Part shown: positions 58,448 to 64,000 of the stretch, one piece after another
Layout: each line of letters starts with the position of its first letter
Position numbering within the stretch: the stretch's first letter is position 1
Assembly: GCA_964016885.1 (NCBI GenBank)
Contig: OZ024749.1
Location: 43,462,001-43,526,000, forward strand
Direction of reading: 5' to 3'
Source of the DNA: Eledone cirrhosa
Taxonomy: Eukaryota
Length of the DNA stretch: 64,000 bases
Notes under the pieces: generated by a model
What the model saw: only the letters and a program-made list of their open reading frames with translations
Told to the model about the DNA's origin: nothing
Databases searched by the model: none
Made by a program: the position numbers and the translations under genes

Positions 58448-58720
58448 GGAAAATGTGTGTAATCGTTGGTACAGTTAGGTATATTATTAAGACAGGGGGG
58501 AAGAAAAAATGGCTTCACTTGTGCTTTCAACAAATTTATTTTCTTCACAAAATCCAAAAAGAATTTTTCTTAAAAAAAATGATTTTATAAATTAAGTTGT
58601 TGGTACAACTTAATTTATAAAATAATTTTTTTTAAGAAAAATTCTTTTTGGATTTTGTGAAGAAAATAAATTTGTTGAAAGCACAAGTGAAGCCATTTTT
58701 TCTTCCACCCTGTCTTAATA
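58448..58720 (-). mobile_element. Family F fold-back element
   Basis: About 116-bp arms 58485-58600 / 58605-58720, loop 'tggt', unique tail 58448-58484, TA flanks. Confidence 0.8.
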
Positions 58721-58739
58721 TATATATATAATTAATTTT

Positions 58740-58942
58740 TCATTCGCACCGTTTCCTTTCGCTATATGTCTCTCCACCACTCTCCTACACACCTTTTGAA
58801 CTCTGTTCCCACACACTTCTCACCTGAAGAAGGGCTTATGCCCGAAACGTCGTCCCCCACCTACCCCCCACTCTCCTGAGCGTGAATTTAATAAACATTT
58901 ATTGTACTGCCTCTCTGTTCTGTCCCTGTTCAATTTTTCATT
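58740..58942 (+). mobile_element. PLE pLTR-like fragment with minimal hammerhead at 58821-58853
   Basis: ac-CUGAAGA-a-gggc-ttat-gccc-GAAAC-GUC-gt; weak stem I; aataaa downstream; TA flanks. Confidence 0.7.
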
Positions 58943-59198
58943 ATATATATATATATATATATATATACAGTTGTTATATAGTAAGGTGCATTATGGGTAT
59001 TGTTCTTACTATTGTTATATAGTAAGGTGCATCTTTTGCAGCGATAGAAATCTGAAAACTTTTATGACCTCAACTAAAGCTAATAGCAGTCGCCATACCT
59101 CTGGCTGACTGGTGTGTCCCCATATGAGGGAATGAATTCTGTGAGAGAACATCGTTAGTTTTTCTCCCTCATATCAAGAATTTGAAGACAATTCATTT

Positions 59199-59272
59199 TC
59201 ACCTGATGAGATCAGTGATAATCGATCATCGCTTCACAATCGATCTATCTCTTATTGAAACATGTGTCGTGA
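59199..59272 (+). ncRNA. Type I hammerhead ribozyme motif
   Basis: tcac-CUGAUGA-gat...att-GAAAC-atgt-GUC-gtga; inner stem II gata-atcgat / atcgat-c-tatc. Confidence 0.85.
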
Positions 59273-60099
59273 TTAAATGATTGGAATTTTACCTTGCCTT
59301 CGGATTTTCATTTTGATATATATATTCGGACCATATCCTTGATGTTATAATCTATATTTACTATGTAGAATAGTTGTATGTCTTTATCAATTATAAACAT
59401 GCTACATATATTATACGTAACCAAGCTGCTGTTCAGGAGTTCGATTCGCAAACACGCACTTTTTGAGTGAACCCCATTACGCGACACCCTACTTTTTTTT
59501 CTTTCTTAAGAAGTTACCCCATGTCTTAACACTCCTCCTTTTCCACGATGTAAATTCCAAGTTTCCTTGAAATAAAATAAACAATATTTCTCTCTAAATT
59601 TGACAAACACTTTACTTTGAATAATTATTGGAAACTAAATCAATACTGGAATAATTTAATGTTTCTTTAATTCCCGTTTGTGTATTATTTATTTATATTT
59701 TTTTTAAATATTCTAATAAAAGCCAGATGTATTGTGTATTCATTTACTTCAAAGGGGTCTTATGTGAGAAATCCTTGTTGATAACTGAAATAACATTGAA
59801 AAAATGGCGGATGTGGGCAATTAGTTCGTGGATGAGAAAAGATCAAAGTTGATGAGACATTTCTTTCATAATTAAATAAGATTATAAAAAAGTCATTCCC
59901 TCAATACATTAGCAAGTTTTTCAATGAGTATCATTTTCTCTTGTTTCAAGTCATTGACACTTTATCTACACGTGGTAAGAAATATTCAAAGGAAAATTAA
60001 ACGAAATTTAAATAAAATGTATAATTTATATCGAATTGTGAAGGAGTGTGACCTTGTGGTTAGGGTCAATATCTAGCTTATTACCATATCTTTTAAATA

Positions 60100-60543
60100 T
60101 CGGTTTCTAATTTAGGAACAAGGCCAACAAATATGTTGATTAAATCAACCCCAATATTTTACTGATACTTTATTTTATCGACCTCAGATGGATGAAACGC
60201 AGTTAACCTCGGTGTGATTTGAACTCAAAATGTAAAGAGCCAGACCAAATATCGCACTGGTATTTTATCCGACGCTCTATCAATTCTGCCAATCCTCCAC
60301 CCTTTTAAATATCAACATGATTTAGTGTTAGCATATTTAACATAGTGGACAGTATTAAATACGAAGTTAGATATATTTGCAGTGATGAGAAGATAATATT
60401 ACACAACCACTAACATTGAAGTCAACTTTGCATTTCATTCTTCTGGGTCGATAAAATACCAATCAAAATATTGGGGTCAAGTTAATAGACTTTCTCCTTC
60501 CTCCCTAAAATGATGGATATGTGCATAAGTTAAAGCTATTATT
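60100..60543. mobile_element. Two old SINE-A copies (60100-60302 minus; 60415-60543 plus)
   Basis: Diverged core and tail motifs. Confidence 0.7.
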
Positions 60544-61259
60544 TTAAATATTTCATAATTCGCAGCAGGTTTCGTTCTCCTATCTTGAAACAAATCACTA
60601 GCGTTAATTAACCAGAGATATCATACTCATGAGAAACAATAATTATGTAAATGTTAATACATTTAATGGCGTTAGAACCCACTGTAGCCTTCTTATTGGA
60701 AGAAAATGAGGGTTATAAAGTCAAGTACAATGATAAGGCGTTCTTATGTGAATACTACAGGAAAATAATTAGCCGAAATAATTTTCCCATTTACTTAAGA
60801 TATAAATGTTAACCAAGAAATAATTACATTTTATAATAATCTCAAAACGAAAGCCACAGACGAGACCTCCGCCTCTCAATCAATTTAAATATTTCAAAAC
60901 TCTTCTCGAGCTACTGAATAACAATTCGTTTAAGAGAAACTCAACATTTCTCAAGCTGAAATAATTAAAATTAATGGACGTGAGGCTGTGTTACACTTGC
61001 TGTGAAACTGTTCAAGTTGATTAGAAGAATTGTTGACATAAAACTTATGAGCTTAAGTTTCCTTTAACAACGGAAATTGCAAATCTCTGATTGAAATGAA
61101 ATGTGCCAACTTTCAGTAAAATGTCGCAAAATCCATTAAGAAATGACGACTAACACCACGTAGAGACACAACATTGAATACATCTGAAATAGATTTCATT
61201 TAGCAAATTATTTTTATTAATTTAAAACAAAAGCAAACGCCCTAGTTACTGTCTCAGTG

Positions 61260-61505
61260 CATGAACAGCTATGGATAAACATTACACGATATCACCAACA
61301 GACTATGGTTGTGTAACTATGGTTGGTCTCTTTGTTAAGGCACAGGATCGAAGTTTGTATGAACTTAGGTGATAGAGAGAGACATGAACAGCTATGGATA
61401 ATTATTACGTGATATCCCCAACAGATAATGAGGAGACAGTGTGTGACTGTGGATGGACTCTTTGTTAAGGATCGAGGTTTGTATGAAATCGGGTGATAGA
61501 GAGAG
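61260..61505. repeat. Diverged tandem duplication (about 124 bp)
   Basis: 'catgaacagctatggataa...ctctttgttaagg...gtttgtatgaa...ggtgatagagagag' occurs twice. Confidence 0.8.
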
Positions 61506-61734
61506 GAAAGGAGAGGCAGAAAGAAATGTGAGAGGAGAAGGGAGAGGCGGAAAAAAAAAGACAGCGACAGATTCGGTGAGTCAGACAGACAGAGTGAGAG
61601 AGCAATTGATATTACGTCCGTTCTTTCATGCTTGCAAGGTTTAGATGAAGGCTGGAGTTTATCCAGAAGCCTCCCACGAACCATTAAGTGGCAGAAAGTA
61701 CATGAACTGGACAACAGACGGTCGTAGCCATAAC

Positions 61735-61900
61735 CCGAACTGCTACTGCTGCTATTCATTTTCAACTGAGTGACCTGGAGCAACGTGAAAATAACTGCGT
61801 TGTTCAAAGATACAACAAGGTACCCAGCCTCAGAACCCACCCCATGATCTTCTAATCATGAAACCATTACTATGTCAATAACAAGGTTACGTGCCTTCAC
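61735..61900 (-). mobile_element. Old CORE-type SINE
   Basis: 'ggagcaacgtgaaaataactgcgttgttcaaagatacaac' matches the CORE region of 41980-42169. Confidence 0.55.
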
Positions 61901-62284
61901 TCGTTGATTATATACTATATAGTAGCCTGTATATTCTTTTCATTCTCGCAAGCTCCGATGGACTGACTGGTTATAACTTTGTATTGGCGATCGAGTAACG
62001 TGAAAATAAGCGGGTAGCGATCTCTAGACCTACCAGTTCAGAGAAACAATTGTCAGCAATGAGATTAAAAACCTTTTTTGTATAGCAAACCGTGTCACTC
62101 TTCTTTCCTGATTTATTATTACTCCAAGTGTTTACAACATAGGAATTACAGCGTACTCGCAGCATCACTATGGAAACGCCTTGTTGAGTCAAACTTAGCC
62201 AAGCGTTGATATCATCCACTACCCGGAGTACCATAACTGGACTACACCTAAGTGTAACTACCTATAACAATAATTTGTTACCCC

Positions 62285-62380
<96 letters not shown>

Positions 62381-63112
62381 TTATATATATAAGCGTCTTT
62401 CACAATTTCCAGATGAAAAAAAATTAAAGTCTTTGCTGTTTAAACTACTTTATTCTTATTCTTTCTGAAAACTTTACTTCCTTAGTTAAGTAATCTTCTG
62501 AAATAAATAAATGACATTTGATGGAGAAACTATAAAATTGAGATCGTTTTCCTCATTAAATTTAACATTAGTCTTTTTAGCAGCATTGGAACGACGATAA
62601 ATGATCGCCATTGCAAATAGAACAACATTTAAATTTTTATCTTTTTCTTTCTATATTCCTCTGTTCGCTTCCTCTTTCCCTCTTTCTATTCATTATTCAG
62701 TCTACTTAATTAATACCCGTGTGTCATTCAATGTTGAATTAAATGTAATTTTCCTAAATGCTATATAACATAGAAACAATACAGCTTATTCTTACGCTCA
62801 CCGCAGTAAACAGAAATTTAAATGGTATGTGGAAGTGACAATTTTTATTTCGATTCTAAATTCTTGTGAAAATTGATGTCCATTATGTTGGAATAATTCT
62901 CTCAAAGACGCCCGAATTATATATGTTCAGCTTACTATCGATTTAAATTCCTACTTCGTATATTATGTATATAATGGATGAATGGCCGTTAAGAAAACGA
63001 CAATGCTTTCCTGCCTTACGCCTGATGTGCCCATGACAGTAATAGAGGTGTCAATACACAAACTTACACGTGCGTGCACATACACATCTATACAGATGTG
63101 TGTATGTGGGGG

Positions 63113-63191
<79 letters not shown>

Positions 63192-63260
63192 ATGTATATT
63201 TATATGTATATATATTTATATATGTATGTATATATTTATATATATATGTATTTATATATG

Positions 63261-63304
<44 letters not shown>

Positions 63305-63611
63305 TATGTATGCGTGCATGTTCACTCAAATGAAACAGAGAGAGATAGAGAGTATGTATGTGCATGTACTGCATGTGTATACATATCTACGAGAAAATTC
63401 GTGTGTATATCTTCAACAAAAATCAAATATAGAATTATACAAATAATCTGGGGTACTTGTAACAGGCCTATTACATATTCCATCTATTCATTTATGGATG
63501 TTTAACACTACTCACAACAACCCAACAACCTAATAACCTAACAACTGCACACATCCCATATTCAAAGGGTAGTTACTACTGTCTATATATATATATCTTT
63601 CTCTCTCTCTG

Positions 63612-63642
<31 letters not shown>

Positions 63643-63699
63643 ATCTATCTCTATCTCCCCCCCCCCTCACCAGCCCCCTCTCACTCACTCTCTCTCTCT

Positions 63700-63825
63700 A
63701 GCTGAATGTTGTCAACCAACATGAAACAGAGTGCTTTTCTCAAGGACGGACACAACGCACCATCCCGTCACGCGCACTCGAACTCACAACCATAAGGTCG
63801 TAAACTGGGAACCATAACCACTAAC
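63700..63825 (-). mobile_element. Old CORE-type SINE head
   Basis: 'ctcaaggac...cacaacgca...tcgaactcacaacc...taaccacta'. Confidence 0.55.
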
Positions 63826-63904
63826 ATGCACACACAGAGAGACATATATATATATATATATATATAAATATATGAATATATTTATACACGTAGGTTTCAT
63901 ATAA

Positions 63905-63942
<38 letters not shown>

Positions 63943-63958
63943 TATATAACTTGTTTTA

Positions 63959-64000
<42 letters not shown>

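Overview
Eukaryotic, AT-rich, microsatellite-saturated non-coding (intronic or intergenic) DNA. The SINE repertoire looks like that of an octopod cephalopod (from recall, not a search). Nearly all ORFs in the supplied track are translations of (TA)n, (TG)n, (GTG)n and similar tracts and are not genes. Supportable content: about 25 copies or fragments of a tRNA-derived SINE, several with clean TSDs; CORE-type SINEs; a 600-bp retroposon family sitting in (TATG)n; a 5'-truncated R4/Dong-like RLE LINE in (TAA)n; decayed fragments of a Naiad-type Penelope-like RT and a Helitron helicase; hAT and Tc1/mariner MITEs; and one candidate spliced exon. Main observation: many unrelated short elements embedded in (TA)n carry type I hammerhead ribozyme motifs. 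Three look intact and four are degenerate. In several others the element is a fold-back palindrome centred on the hammerhead stem II hairpin: GAAAC-stem III-NUH survives, CUGANGA is replaced by an inverted copy, and the inverted arm ends at a TA microhomology. This suggests (inference) a ribozyme-hairpin-primed second-strand/integration route for non-autonomous Penelope-derived elements.
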